A DNA stretch of 64,000 nt from the NCBI GenBank assembly GCA_035939175.1, contig DASZGC010000015.1, positions 11,261 to 75,260 on the forward strand, in the 5' to 3' direction. The DNA is from Candidatus Cybelea sp. (GTDB lineage: Bacteria; Vulcanimicrobiota; Vulcanimicrobiia; Vulcanimicrobiales; Vulcanimicrobiaceae). Below the pieces are notes generated by a model. The model searched no databases, was not told the DNA's origin, and worked only from the letters and a program-made list of their open reading frames with translations. Positions 17,249 through 26,631 of the stretch are shown here, piece after piece (positions within the stretch are counted from its first letter, which is position 1; the number at the start of each line of letters is the position of its first letter). Both the position numbers and the translations under genes were made by a program.

Positions 17249-18558
17249 GCGCCGCCGCGCCGGTTCGTCGGCCGAGCCTCTGGCGGTCGATCGTGATGTT
17301 TTTCTCGATCGTCGGCCCGGGCTTGATCACGGCCAACGCCGACAACGACGTCGGCGGCATCTGGACCTATTCGCAGGCCGGCGCGCAGTTCGGCTACTCG
17401 ATGCTCTGGATCCTGGTACCGGTCACGATTGCACTCATCGTCGTCCAGGAGATGTGCGCGCGCATGGGTGCGGTCACCGGCAAGGGCCTCGCCGATCTGA
17501 TTCGCGAGAACTTCGGCGTCAAAGTGACGTTTTGGTGCCTTCTGCTCTTCGTGCTGGGCGACGTCGGCAACACGGCGACGGAGTTTGCCGGCGTCGCCTC
17601 CTCGGCGCCGATCCTCGGCGGTTACATCCATGTACCGAGCCCCGAAGCATTCAAGATCGCGCTGGTTGCGGGAGCGGCGCTCTTCGTTTTCCTCACCGTT
17701 ACGCGCGGCAATGCCAAGGTGATCGAGCGCGTCTTCTTCGCGTTCTGTTTCGTATATATCGCCTACGTGATCAGCGCGTTCGCGGTGCGCCCCGATTGGG
17801 GTGAGGTGCTGCGTCAGAGCGTCGTTCCCCACTTCCAAGCGTCGAAAGCCTACTTGCTGATGGTCATCGCGATCATCGGCACGACGATCTCGCCGTGGAT
17901 GCAGTTCTACATCCAGGCCGCCGTCGTCGACAAAGGCGTCCGCGAAGAGGATTACGGCTACTCGCGGATCGACGTCGTGACCGGCGGGATTTGGACCGAC
18001 GTCATCGCCTATTTCATCATCGTTGCCTGCGCGGCCACGATCTTCGTTCACAACCTGCACGCCTCGCACGCGATCGCCGTCACCAACGACGTCGGCGACG
18101 TGGCCGCCGCCCTAACGCCGCTGGCCGGTAAGTTCGCCGGACTGCTCTTTGCGCTCGGACTGCTCAACGCTGCCGTCTTCACGGCCTCGATCCTTCCGCT
18201 CTCAACCGCCTACTACGTGTGCGAAGCGTTCGGCTTCGAACGCGGCGTCGATCATCGCTTCTCCGAGGCGCCGATCTTCTACAGCTTCTACCTCGCGCTG
18301 ATTCTCATCGGCGCCGGCGTCGTGATCGTTCCGGGCGCCCCGCTCGGCGGCATCATCTTCTACTCGCAGGTGCTCAACGGCATGCTGCTGCCGATCGTGC
18401 TGGTGCTCATGTTGCTGCTCATCAACAACAAGCGGCTGATGGGCAAATGGACGAACAGCCGCGCCTTCAACGTCATCGCCTGGGCAACGGTCATCATCGT
18501 CGGCGCGCTGACGCTCGTCTCGACGGCGCAGATCGTCTTCCCGTCGCTCGGCAGTTAG
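17245..18558 (+). CDS. NRAMP-family divalent-cation transporter with non-canonical metal site (NRAMP-related Mg2+ transporter candidate)
   Basis: GTG at 17245; 437 aa; NRAMP fold indicated by GPGLITA...QAGAQFGYSMLW. TM1 reads D-V-G-G (nt 17347-17358) where MntH has DPGN. TM6 reads S-P-W (nt 17890-17898) where MntH has MPH. Confidence 0.85.
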   Translation: MSAAAPVRRPSLWRSIVMFFSIVGPGLITANADNDVGGIWTYSQAGAQFGYSMLWILVPVTIALIVVQEMCARMGAVTGKGLADLIRENFGVKVTFWCLLLFVLGDVGNTATEFAGVASSAPILGGYIHVPSPEAFKIALVAGAALFVFLTVTRGNAKVIERVFFAFCFVYIAYVISAFAVRPDWGEVLRQSVVPHFQASKAYLLMVIAIIGTTISPWMQFYIQAAVVDKGVREEDYGYSRIDVVTGGIWTDVIAYFIIVACAATIFVHNLHASHAIAVTNDVGDVAAALTPLAGKFAGLLFALGLLNAAVFTASILPLSTAYYVCEAFGFERGVDHRFSEAPIFYSFYLALILIGAGVVIVPGAPLGGIIFYSQVLNGMLLPIVLVLMLLLINNKRLMGKWTNSRAFNVIAWATVIIVGALTLVSTAQIVFPSLGS

Positions 18559-18563
18559 CAGCC

Positions 18564-19685
18564 TCAGGGTGACAACGGCGCGAGGTCCAAGCCGATTACG
18601 AGTGCCGTCTTCGTTCCCGGTTTGACCGGCGCGGCGAAGGTACGCGCGAGCAGCGTGGCCGCGGGCGATGCGCCGATCACGACGCTCTTCGGTTTCGCGC
18701 GTTCGTCGACGAATGTGGGCACGTTCCAGCCCGCACCGCGCAGCGTGCCGACCAGCGTGCCGTCGAATGCCGTGTTGCCGGTGGCGTTGGCAACGAGCAC
18801 TTCGTCCTGCGGCGGGTCCTTGCGGGCGAAGAGGAGCGCTCCGATCGCCTTGGCCCACCGAACATCGGCGAAGACGACCGACGCATCTCCCACCCAGCCG
18901 GCCTTACTGGGGAGCGTGAACGAGCGGACGTCATCAGCGGGAATGTTGCGGTAGATCGCCAGCAGCGAGACGAGCTGCGCGTTGCTCAAGGTCGTGTTGA
19001 CGTTCCTTCGCGCGAGCGCCACGATCGCCGGCAGCTTCGCCCACTGCTGCGGTTGGCTGACGCGGTCCATCATCAGCTCGAGTACGCGCCGCTGGCGGCC
19101 CACGCGCCCGAAATCCGACGCGGCATCGTGGCGAAAGCGCACGTACCCGGCGACCTGGTCGCCGTCGAGATGCTGCTGCCCCTGCCGCAGGTGGATGTGC
19201 AGGCCGCCGCTGGCGTCGTCGTAATCCATATCCTCGTCGACGTCGACGTCGAGGCCGCCCATTGCGTCGACGATTGCCGCGGCACCTTCGGGCTGCACCG
19301 CGACGATGGCGTCGACGGGCACCCCGCCGAGCAGCGAGGCAACCACGCGGCCAGTCTCGTGCGCCCCCCCGTACGCGTATGCCGCATTGACCTTCATGTA
19401 ACCGTGCGGCGGAACGTTCACCCAGGTGTCGCGCGGTATCGAAACGAGCGTCGCGATCCGCCGCCCGGCATCGAGATGCGCGAGCATGATCGTGTCGGTC
19501 GTCGCCTCGTCGGCCTGAAATCCCAGAATCAGCAGGTTGAGCTTCACGTCCCCGAACGAGCGGCGCGCGGTCTGCGCCACGATCTGCCGGCGCACCGGTT
19601 CGCGCAGTCCAACGTATGCCGCGACGAGCGCCACCAGCACCGCGCCGGTCAGCGCTGCGATGAGCAGCCGAGTCTTGTTCAACAC
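18564..19685 (-). CDS. LytR-CpsA-Psr (LCP) family protein with a LytR_C-like C-terminal domain
   Basis: 373 aa with GTG start and GGAGGA RBS 6 nt upstream. One N-terminal TM helix. LCP block LLILGFQADEATTDTIMLAHLD...LVSIPRDTWV is present. Confidence 0.85.
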   Translation of the reverse strand: MLNKTRLLIAALTGAVLVALVAAYVGLREPVRRQIVAQTARRSFGDVKLNLLILGFQADEATTDTIMLAHLDAGRRIATLVSIPRDTWVNVPPHGYMKVNAAYAYGGAHETGRVVASLLGGVPVDAIVAVQPEGAAAIVDAMGGLDVDVDEDMDYDDASGGLHIHLRQGQQHLDGDQVAGYVRFRHDAASDFGRVGRQRRVLELMMDRVSQPQQWAKLPAIVALARRNVNTTLSNAQLVSLLAIYRNIPADDVRSFTLPSKAGWVGDASVVFADVRWAKAIGALLFARKDPPQDEVLVANATGNTAFDGTLVGTLRGAGWNVPTFVDERAKPKSVVIGASPAATLLARTFAAPVKPGTKTALVIGLDLAPLSP

Positions 19686-19697
19686 GTAGAGTCCTCC

Positions 19698-19718
19698 AAA
19701 AAACGCGCGACGGCGCGC
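19698..19718 (-). terminator. Probable intrinsic terminator after the mutS-linked membrane gene
   Basis: Read on the minus strand: GCGCG-CCGU-CGCGC hairpin (5 GC pairs), then G and a U6 run. It lies between the stop at 19752 and the LCP gene RBS. Confidence 0.45.
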
Positions 19719-19751
19719 AAGGTTATGCGCCCAGAATGCGGGGCGCTCGGA

Positions 19752-20357
19752 CTAACCCTGGAGGACGGGCGGTCCCCGCTCGCCGATGCGGCAGAGCACG
19801 GGAACGAGGTGCACGATGCGCTGGTCGGGGCGTCGTCGAAGCGAGAGCGGGCGACCGCCTTGCGCGCGCAACGTGGCGAGCGCGCGTACCAGCCGGATCA
19901 CCCGCAGCGCCGTCGCCGCCAGGCGCGGCGCCGAGCGCGCGAACCAGAGCGTCAATGCGGCGCCGAAGAGCGCGTGAACGCCAAGACTAAAACCGGTGGG
20001 ACCGCCGAGCCACACCGCCGGTCCGAGCAGATGTCCAAATACGGCCAGCTGTTCCGCGCTCTCCATGGCAAAGAGCGCGACCAATTGCAAGGCCAAGACC
20101 GCGGGGATCAGCACCGCGGCGTTCCGCGGCAGCGCACGGCCGGCCAGCAGCGCGTTCGCGCGGCGTACGCAGTAGAGCACCAGCATCGCCACGCCCGCTA
20201 CCAATGCGGGAAGAACGTCGAGATTGCTGCGATCGGTGAACGTCCCGGGCCCAAAGCAGCCGGCGTTCGAGACGAACTCGACGAGCGGATCCGCAAATGC
20301 CGCCGCGATCACGGCGACCGCCGCGCAAAAGCCCAAGCGGATCGAGAGACGTTTCAC
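19752..20357 (-). CDS. Hypothetical 201-aa polytopic membrane protein translationally coupled to mutS
   Basis: GTG at 20357 overlaps the mutS TGA (GTGA). Translation VKRLSIRLGFCAAVAVIAAAF...LIPAVLALQLVALFAM...GVHALFGAALTLWF gives about 5 TM helices. Only this C-terminal part of ORF 19752..22877 looks protein-like. Confidence 0.55.
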   Translation of the reverse strand: MKRLSIRLGFCAAVAVIAAAFADPLVEFVSNAGCFGPGTFTDRSNLDVLPALVAGVAMLVLYCVRRANALLAGRALPRNAAVLIPAVLALQLVALFAMESAEQLAVFGHLLGPAVWLGGPTGFSLGVHALFGAALTLWFARSAPRLAATALRVIRLVRALATLRAQGGRPLSLRRRPDQRIVHLVPVLCRIGERGPPVLQG

Positions 20358-22807
20358 CGCAGGAACGAGAGCTGCCGCTGCGGCGGCGGTCCTTTGGGCA
20401 TCTTCGCCTTCGGCGGCACGCGGGTCTCGAGGTCGGCCTCGCCCGAGAGCGCGTCGGCGATCTCTTGCGCGCGCTCGATCACCGCGCTCGGTAATCCCGC
20501 CATCCGCGCGACCTGGATCCCGAACGAACGCGACGAGCTTCCCGGCTGCACGCGATGCGAGAAGACGGGTGCGCCGTCGCGCGCCGTGTTCTCGACGGCC
20601 GTGATGTGATAGTTTGCGACCAGGCTCGAATGCGCGGCTAGCGAGCACAGCTCGTGGAAATGCGTCGCAAAGAGCACCAGCGGCGCCTGCTCCTGGAGGC
20701 CAAGCAGAAACTCGCAGATGGCCTGCGCGATCGCCAGGCCGTCCAGCGTGCCCGTCCCACGGCCCACCTCGTCGATCAGCAGCAGCGAGCGCGGCGTGCT
20801 GCGGCGCAGGATGTTTGCGGCCTCGGCCATCTCCATGTAGAACGTCGACTGTCCCGACGCCAGATCGTCGCCGGCGCCGATGCGGGTGAAGATCCGGTCG
20901 ATCGCGCCGAGTCGCATCGCTTTCGCCGGAACGAACGAGCCGATTTGCGCCATGATCGCCAGCAGGCCGGCCTGGCGCAGATAGGTCGACTTGCCGCCCA
21001 TGTTCGGCCCCGTCAACAGGATGAAGCGGTGGTCGCCGGCGCTCAGCTGCAGGTCGTTGGGCACGAAGTGCGCGTGCAGCATGGCCTCCATCACCGGATG
21101 GCGCCCCTCCTCGATCGTGACGACGCTTTCGTCGACGAATTCGGGCCGCACGTAACCGCGTTCCGCGGCGCACTGCGCGAGCGCGGCGAGCGCGTCGATC
21201 TGCGCGATCGCGCACGCGGCCTCGGAGAGCGCGCCGGCGCGCGCGGCAATGCGTTCGACCAGCGCCTCGAAGAGCTGACGTTCCAGCCGCTCCTGACGCG
21301 TCTGCGCCGTCGAGATCGCCAGCTCCAGCTCCTTGAGCTCCGGAGTCACGTAACGCTCGCCGGTGGTTAGCGTCTGCTTGCGAACGTAATCGGCCGGCAC
21401 GGCGTCGGCCTGGCTCTTCGGTACTTCGATCGCATAACCGAAGGCGCTCGCGTACTTTACGCGGAGCGTTTTGATACCGGTGCGCTCGCGCTCGCGAAGC
21501 TCCAGCTCGGAGAGCCTCGTGCGCGCGTCGGTGCGCAAAGCGACGCACTCGGCCAGCTCGGCGTCGGCCTGCGGCCGGATCGCGCCGCCGTCGCCGAGCT
21601 GGGCCGGCGGGTCCTCGACGAGCGTTTGCACCAGGTCGGCGAGCACGTCGCCGAAATCTTCCACCCGCTCGAGCAGCGTGGCCACCTCCGGCACCGCGGT
21701 CTCGCGCAGCGGCTCGAAAATCTCCAGCGTGCGGCGCAACGATGCCAGATCGCGCGGCCCGGCGCGGCGGAAGCGCACCTTCTGCGCGATGCGCTCCAGG
21801 TCGAACATGCCGCGCAGAATTTCGCGCAGCGAGACGCGCCGCGTGTGCTGCGCGAGCATCGCCGCGACGACCTCTTGACGCTCTCCGATCGCCGCGGCGT
21901 CGATCAGGGGCGCGAGGATCCAGCGCGCGAGCATGCGCGAGGCCATCGCGGTTGCACAGACGTCCAAGGTTGCGAGCAGCGTCGCCTTGGGATTCTGGCC
22001 TTGCGCGCGGGTCAGCTCGAGGTGTTTGCGCGTCGAGGGATCGAGCACCAGGAATTCTTGGCGCCGGTAGAGCTGCGCCTCGCCGAGCCCGCGTTCGCCG
22101 TTGGTGACGCCGGTGCGCCGCACGAACGCGCTCAGCGCGTCGAGCGCGCGATGGATCGCCAGCGACTCCTCCATTGAGAATCCGTCGAACGCGCGGCGGT
22201 CGCGCGTTTCGACCAAGTTTAGTGCCGGCGTGGCCAAGCGCGCGCCGGCGGCCTCGACCGCCGTCGCCAGCGCGGCGCGCATCGCCGGCGGCACGTCGGC
22301 GACGATCTCCGCGGGCCCGATGCGTGCCAGCTCGGCCAGCAGCTCGTCGTACCCGCTCTCGCCCCCCAGCGCGGTTGCGGCCGCGTAACTCGTCGACACG
22401 TCGGTGTAGGCGATCGCGAACGTTTCGCCTTCGAGGGCCGTCGCCGCGAGGTAGTTGTTCTGCTTGCCGTCGAGCAGCTGCTCCTCGATCAGCGTTCCCG
22501 GCGTGACCAAACGCACGACGTCGCGCCGCACCAACCGGTTTGGCTGCGGGATCTCCAGCTGCTCCGCGAGCGCGACGATGAAGCGCTGCTGTACCAGCCG
22601 CGCGAGGTAATTGCTCAGCGCGTGATGGGGAACGCCGGCCATCGCCACGCGCTGGCCGGCGCCGGCCTCCTTGCTCGTCAACGCGATCTGCAGCGCGCGC
22701 GCCAGCGTCTCGGCGTCGTCGCCGTAGGCTTCGTAGAAGTCGCCGACGCGCGAGAGCAGGATCGCCTCCGGATGTTTGGTTTTCATTCCGAAGTACTGCT
22801 CGAGCAT
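20354..22807 (-). CDS. mutS: DNA mismatch repair protein MutS
   Basis: 817 aa. Motifs present: MLEQYFGMKTKHPEAILLSRVGDFYE, Walker A TGPNMGGKST, DEVGRGT. Confidence 0.95.
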   Translation of the reverse strand: MLEQYFGMKTKHPEAILLSRVGDFYEAYGDDAETLARALQIALTSKEAGAGQRVAMAGVPHHALSNYLARLVQQRFIVALAEQLEIPQPNRLVRRDVVRLVTPGTLIEEQLLDGKQNNYLAATALEGETFAIAYTDVSTSYAAATALGGESGYDELLAELARIGPAEIVADVPPAMRAALATAVEAAGARLATPALNLVETRDRRAFDGFSMEESLAIHRALDALSAFVRRTGVTNGERGLGEAQLYRRQEFLVLDPSTRKHLELTRAQGQNPKATLLATLDVCATAMASRMLARWILAPLIDAAAIGERQEVVAAMLAQHTRRVSLREILRGMFDLERIAQKVRFRRAGPRDLASLRRTLEIFEPLRETAVPEVATLLERVEDFGDVLADLVQTLVEDPPAQLGDGGAIRPQADAELAECVALRTDARTRLSELELRERERTGIKTLRVKYASAFGYAIEVPKSQADAVPADYVRKQTLTTGERYVTPELKELELAISTAQTRQERLERQLFEALVERIAARAGALSEAACAIAQIDALAALAQCAAERGYVRPEFVDESVVTIEEGRHPVMEAMLHAHFVPNDLQLSAGDHRFILLTGPNMGGKSTYLRQAGLLAIMAQIGSFVPAKAMRLGAIDRIFTRIGAGDDLASGQSTFYMEMAEAANILRRSTPRSLLLIDEVGRGTGTLDGLAIAQAICEFLLGLQEQAPLVLFATHFHELCSLAAHSSLVANYHITAVENTARDGAPVFSHRVQPGSSSRSFGIQVARMAGLPSAVIERAQEIADALSGEADLETRVPPKAKMPKGPPPQRQLSFLR

Positions 22808-22827
22808 CGGCGAATATTTCGGCAGCT

Positions 22828-23859
22828 TCAGTCGCCTCCGCTACCGAGCGCCTTGGAGATCGCGCGCACGTACGCACCTTTGGGACGCCCGGTTCCGTCG
22901 GGCGGCTGTTGGGGATTGTCGAGGTCGAGGTCCCAGATCATGATGCCGCGATAACCCAGGCGGCGCACGTCATTTCCGTAACCCGAGGCGTCGTTCGGCG
23001 TGATTACCACGCCGTCGTCGGCTTTGCCGATCATCAGTCCGAGCGCGATCTTATTTTTGGGCAGCGTCCCGCCGCCCGAGAGCGCGATGTTGGCGAACTG
23101 CGCCAGCACGTCGAGGCGACAATCGTCGCGAGATCCCTGGCGGTAGCTGCAGTTGGGGTGGTTCGATGGTTTCCAGCCGTACTGATCGTAGGCCATCACG
23201 TTGAGGTAGTCGATGTCGGCGGCCGTCTGCGCGACGATCGGAATGTCCTCGCCTTGATGGCCGCTGCCCGCCTGCGGATCCGCACCGTCGATGAACGCGT
23301 CGAACGAGATGACGGCCGAGGGGAAAGCGCCGCGTACCGCTTGCAGCACGTCGATGAGCTGCTGCTGGCCGTTGACGGGTATCACTTCGTCGTCGAAATC
23401 GAAACCGTCATAGATCTTGGGATTCGCCTTGACGTACGCCTGGAGATTCTGTGAGAACAGGTTGGGATCGGTGATCTCGAAGCCCGAGGTCGCGCCGCCG
23501 AACGAGAGCAGCACCTTCCCGCCGTGCGCGTGGATGTGGTTGGCTCCGGGCCGCAGCGGATAGGTGTTCTGCGGCGGCGAGATGTCGTTGCTGTCGGCGA
23601 TGCTGAACGCGACGTCGACGCTCGTCACGCTCGTGGGCACGCTTCCCAAGCGCGAGAACGCATCGTTACGGTTCGTATCCGACCACGACTCCCAGAAGCC
23701 GACGAACTCGCTGGAGCCCGACGACGACGCCGGCTTCACGGCCGGGCCGGCTGCTGGTGCCGCGGGATTCTGCGCCGGCACGCTGCCGGAAGCGCCGTTG
23801 CACCCGCTTGTCGCCAACGCGGCGGTCAGAGCCCAAAAAAACGCGGCGCGCCGTGGCAT
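22828..23859 (-). CDS. Glycoside hydrolase family 18 (chitinase / endo-beta-N-acetylglucosaminidase-like) lipoprotein
   Basis: Start set at ATG 23859 (MPRRAAFFWALTAALATSGC, a lipobox). The GH18 catalytic motif DxxDxDxE is present as DGFDFDDE, along with MAYDQYGW. Confidence 0.75.
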   Translation of the reverse strand: MPRRAAFFWALTAALATSGCNGASGSVPAQNPAAPAAGPAVKPASSSGSSEFVGFWESWSDTNRNDAFSRLGSVPTSVTSVDVAFSIADSNDISPPQNTYPLRPGANHIHAHGGKVLLSFGGATSGFEITDPNLFSQNLQAYVKANPKIYDGFDFDDEVIPVNGQQQLIDVLQAVRGAFPSAVISFDAFIDGADPQAGSGHQGEDIPIVAQTAADIDYLNVMAYDQYGWKPSNHPNCSYRQGSRDDCRLDVLAQFANIALSGGGTLPKNKIALGLMIGKADDGVVITPNDASGYGNDVRRLGYRGIMIWDLDLDNPQQPPDGTGRPKGAYVRAISKALGSGGD

Positions 23860-23866
23860 GCCGGCG

Positions 23867-25240
23867 CTACGACGCGACCGGCTCCGCCGCCCCGGCGAAC
23901 GTTGCGGCGCGCGCGACGATGCTGCCGGTGCAGCCCCATACGTGCGCGCTCGCGATGCGCACGTCGAGCCACGGCGTGCGCGCATCGACGTCGACCGCGG
24001 GCTTGGGAGCGACGACCGTCACGTTGTCCGGCGCTTTGGAGGTGAGTTTGGCGGGGTCTTTCTTCGAGTCGCCGCAGACGAGCACGCGCAATACTTTGCC
24101 GACGTGCCGTTCGTGATAGGCGCGAGTCGCCTCGTTCTGCGCGGCGAAGAGGCGGCGGAAGCGCTCCAACGCGACCTCTTTGGGCACTTGCGGCCAGTGG
24201 GCCGCAGGGGTGCCGCGCCGGATCGAATAGACGAACACGAAGGCGTTGGCGAAGACGCCGCTCTGCACGTAGCGTAACGTCGCGTCGAAATCCTCGTCGG
24301 TTTCACCGGGAAAGCCGACGATGATGTCGGTCGTGATCGCGCACTGCGGGATGCGGCGGCGAATCCCCTGGGCGATCGCGTCGAAGCGTTCCAGCGTGTA
24401 CTTGCGATTCATGCGGCGCAGCATCGCGTCACTTCCGGATTGCAGCGGCAGGTGCACCCGCGGATTGAGCTGCGGAAGCGATGCCAGATCGTCGAGGATC
24501 TTCTCGGTAAAGTCCTTGGGATGCGGCGAGATGAAACCGAGTCGTTCGAACCCGGACAGCGCCGCGATCTCGCGGCAGAGGTCGCCGAAATCTGCGCCGG
24601 TGGCGGGATCCTTCCACGCGTTGACCGTCTGGCCGACGAGCACGATCTCGCGCGCGCCCTGCGCGAGGCGCCCACGCGTCTCCTCGAGGATCTCGCGGGT
24701 GGGGCGGTGGTCGAAGCGTCCGCGCACGTGCGGCACGATGCAGAAAGTGCAGTAGTACGAGCAGCCGCGCTGCACCGTCACGAACGCCCGCAGGTGCGTA
24801 AAGGCATCGGCAACGCCGTCGGCGGTGCCCCCGAGCGGCTCGAGCAAGTGGCGTTCGTCGGAGAAGTCGACCTCTTCGAAGCCCGGCTCCCACGAGGCCA
24901 ACCGTTCGCCAAGCGCTCCCAGCTCGCGCGTTCCGAAGACCGCATCGACGTGCGGCGCCAGCCGCTGCATCCGGTCGCGGTCCTGCTCGGCCAGGCACCC
25001 GGTAACGACCAGACGGAGACTCGGGTCGGCGCGCTTGAGCGCGTTGAGGTGGTGGATTCTGCCGTACGCGCGGCGTTCGGCGTTGTCGCGCACCGTGCAC
25101 GTGTTGAGCACGACCACGTTGGCCGCTTCGGGCGCCGTGGCGACGGTGTACCCCGCGGAGATCGCGCGCTCGGCGATCTGCCGTGAGTCGGCTTCGTTCA
25201 TCTGGCAACCGAACGTCTCGATATAGATACTGGGCGGCAC
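23867..25240 (-). CDS. miaB: tRNA-2-methylthio-N6-dimethylallyladenosine synthase
   Basis: Start set at GTG 25240 (VPPSIYIETFGCQMNEADS). Radical SAM motif CSYYCTFC is present, followed by a TRAM-like C-terminus. 457 aa. Confidence 0.9.
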   Translation of the reverse strand: MPPSIYIETFGCQMNEADSRQIAERAISAGYTVATAPEAANVVVLNTCTVRDNAERRAYGRIHHLNALKRADPSLRLVVTGCLAEQDRDRMQRLAPHVDAVFGTRELGALGERLASWEPGFEEVDFSDERHLLEPLGGTADGVADAFTHLRAFVTVQRGCSYYCTFCIVPHVRGRFDHRPTREILEETRGRLAQGAREIVLVGQTVNAWKDPATGADFGDLCREIAALSGFERLGFISPHPKDFTEKILDDLASLPQLNPRVHLPLQSGSDAMLRRMNRKYTLERFDAIAQGIRRRIPQCAITTDIIVGFPGETDEDFDATLRYVQSGVFANAFVFVYSIRRGTPAAHWPQVPKEVALERFRRLFAAQNEATRAYHERHVGKVLRVLVCGDSKKDPAKLTSKAPDNVTVVAPKPAVDVDARTPWLDVRIASAHVWGCTGSIVARAATFAGAAEPVAS

Positions 25241-25277
25241 GTGGGTCCCGTTCGCTCTCGGTGAGAAAGGAACTGCC

Positions 25278-26627
25278 GTGCTTTCGCCTGCGACCGTAGC
25301 TATCGTCGGACGGCCGAACGTCGGGAAGAGCGCGCTCTTCAACCGGTTGATCGGCCGCAGGCTGGCCATCGTCGAGGATACGCCGGGGGTTACGCGCGAC
25401 CGTCTCTACGCGCTCTGCGATTGGCGCGGGCACTACTTCAGCCTCGTCGACACGGCGGGGATCGACCCCGACGCCGACGTAGCGCACGGCGCCGAGCTTG
25501 CCGATGCGACGCGCCGCCAAGCCGAAGCGGCCGCCGAAGAGGCCGGCGTCGTCGTGATGGTCGTCGACGCCCAGACCGGGCTGCACCCGCTCGACGACGA
25601 CGTCGCGATGATCCTGCGTCGCAAACGTCGGCCGCTCGTGCTGGTCGCCAATAAAGCCGAATCCCCCGACGCGTCCGCGGCAGTGCACGCCGAGTTTTCG
25701 GCATTGGGATTTGGCGAACCGATCTCCGTCTCGGCGATCCACGGCGAAGGCACCGGCGACTTGCTCGACCGCATCGTCGAGCTGCTCCCCACGCAAAGCG
25801 CCGAACCTTCGACCGACGGCGAGCTGGCGCTGGCGGTGATCGGCCGACCCAACGTCGGCAAGAGCTCGTTGGTCAACTCGCTGCTCGGTGAGGAGCGAAC
25901 GCTCGTCTCGCAGATTCCCGGAACCACGCGCGACGCGATCGACACTCCCTTCCGCTGGCACGACCGCCCCTTCCGGCTCGTCGACACCGCGGGCGTTCAC
26001 AAAACGCCGAAAGCGCACGGCGCGATCGAGTACTATGCGGCACTGAGATCGCTCAACGCCATCGCGCGGTGCGACATCGCGCTGCTGGTTTTCGACGCGA
26101 TGATCGGCGTCATGGCGCAGGACCGCCGCCTCGCCGGCATCGCTCTCGAAGAGCGTAAGGGTCTCATCGTCGTCGGCAACAAATGGGACCTCGTGCGCGA
26201 GCAAGGAGGCGACTTCAGCCGCAGCGACCTCGCCGGCGCCGTGCGCGATGCGCTGCCCTTTGCGGCGTTCGCGCCCGTAACGTTTCTCTCGGCGAAGACG
26301 CACCGGCGCTTGGGCAGCCTGATGCCGGTCGTCAGCATGCTGGCCGAGAACCTCGACCGCCGCGTTCCCACTCCGGCGCTCAATGCGCTGGTGCGCGACG
26401 CGGTGCTGGCGCATCCGCCGGCGATCTCGTCGGGCAAGGTGCTGCGCATCTACTACGCGTCGCAGCCCGGAACGCATCCGCCGGTTTTCGTGTTCCACTG
26501 CAACGATCCGCAACTGGTCGCGCCGCACTACAAGCGCTTCTTGGAGAACGTGATCCGGCAGAACTTCGATTTCGAGGGCGTGCCGCTCACGCTGGAGTTC
26601 CGTCCGCGCCGCGAGGAGTTGGAGTGA
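25278..26627 (+). CDS. der: Ribosome-associated GTPase Der (EngA)
   Basis: 449 aa with two G domains, marked by GRPNVGKSALFN and GRPNVGKSSLVN, then a KH-like C-terminus. Confidence 0.95.
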   Translation: MLSPATVAIVGRPNVGKSALFNRLIGRRLAIVEDTPGVTRDRLYALCDWRGHYFSLVDTAGIDPDADVAHGAELADATRRQAEAAAEEAGVVVMVVDAQTGLHPLDDDVAMILRRKRRPLVLVANKAESPDASAAVHAEFSALGFGEPISVSAIHGEGTGDLLDRIVELLPTQSAEPSTDGELALAVIGRPNVGKSSLVNSLLGEERTLVSQIPGTTRDAIDTPFRWHDRPFRLVDTAGVHKTPKAHGAIEYYAALRSLNAIARCDIALLVFDAMIGVMAQDRRLAGIALEERKGLIVVGNKWDLVREQGGDFSRSDLAGAVRDALPFAAFAPVTFLSAKTHRRLGSLMPVVSMLAENLDRRVPTPALNALVRDAVLAHPPAISSGKVLRIYYASQPGTHPPVFVFHCNDPQLVAPHYKRFLENVIRQNFDFEGVPLTLEFRPRREELE

Positions 26628-26631
26628 GCGA

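Noticed and set aside
20358-22877. Upper 840 codons of the 1041-aa ORF 19752..22877
   Set aside because: It is out of frame with, and fully overlapping, the clearly recognisable mutS. The translation is an Arg/Ala/Gly-rich artefact of high GC. Only the last 201 codons, after the mutS stop, look like a membrane protein.
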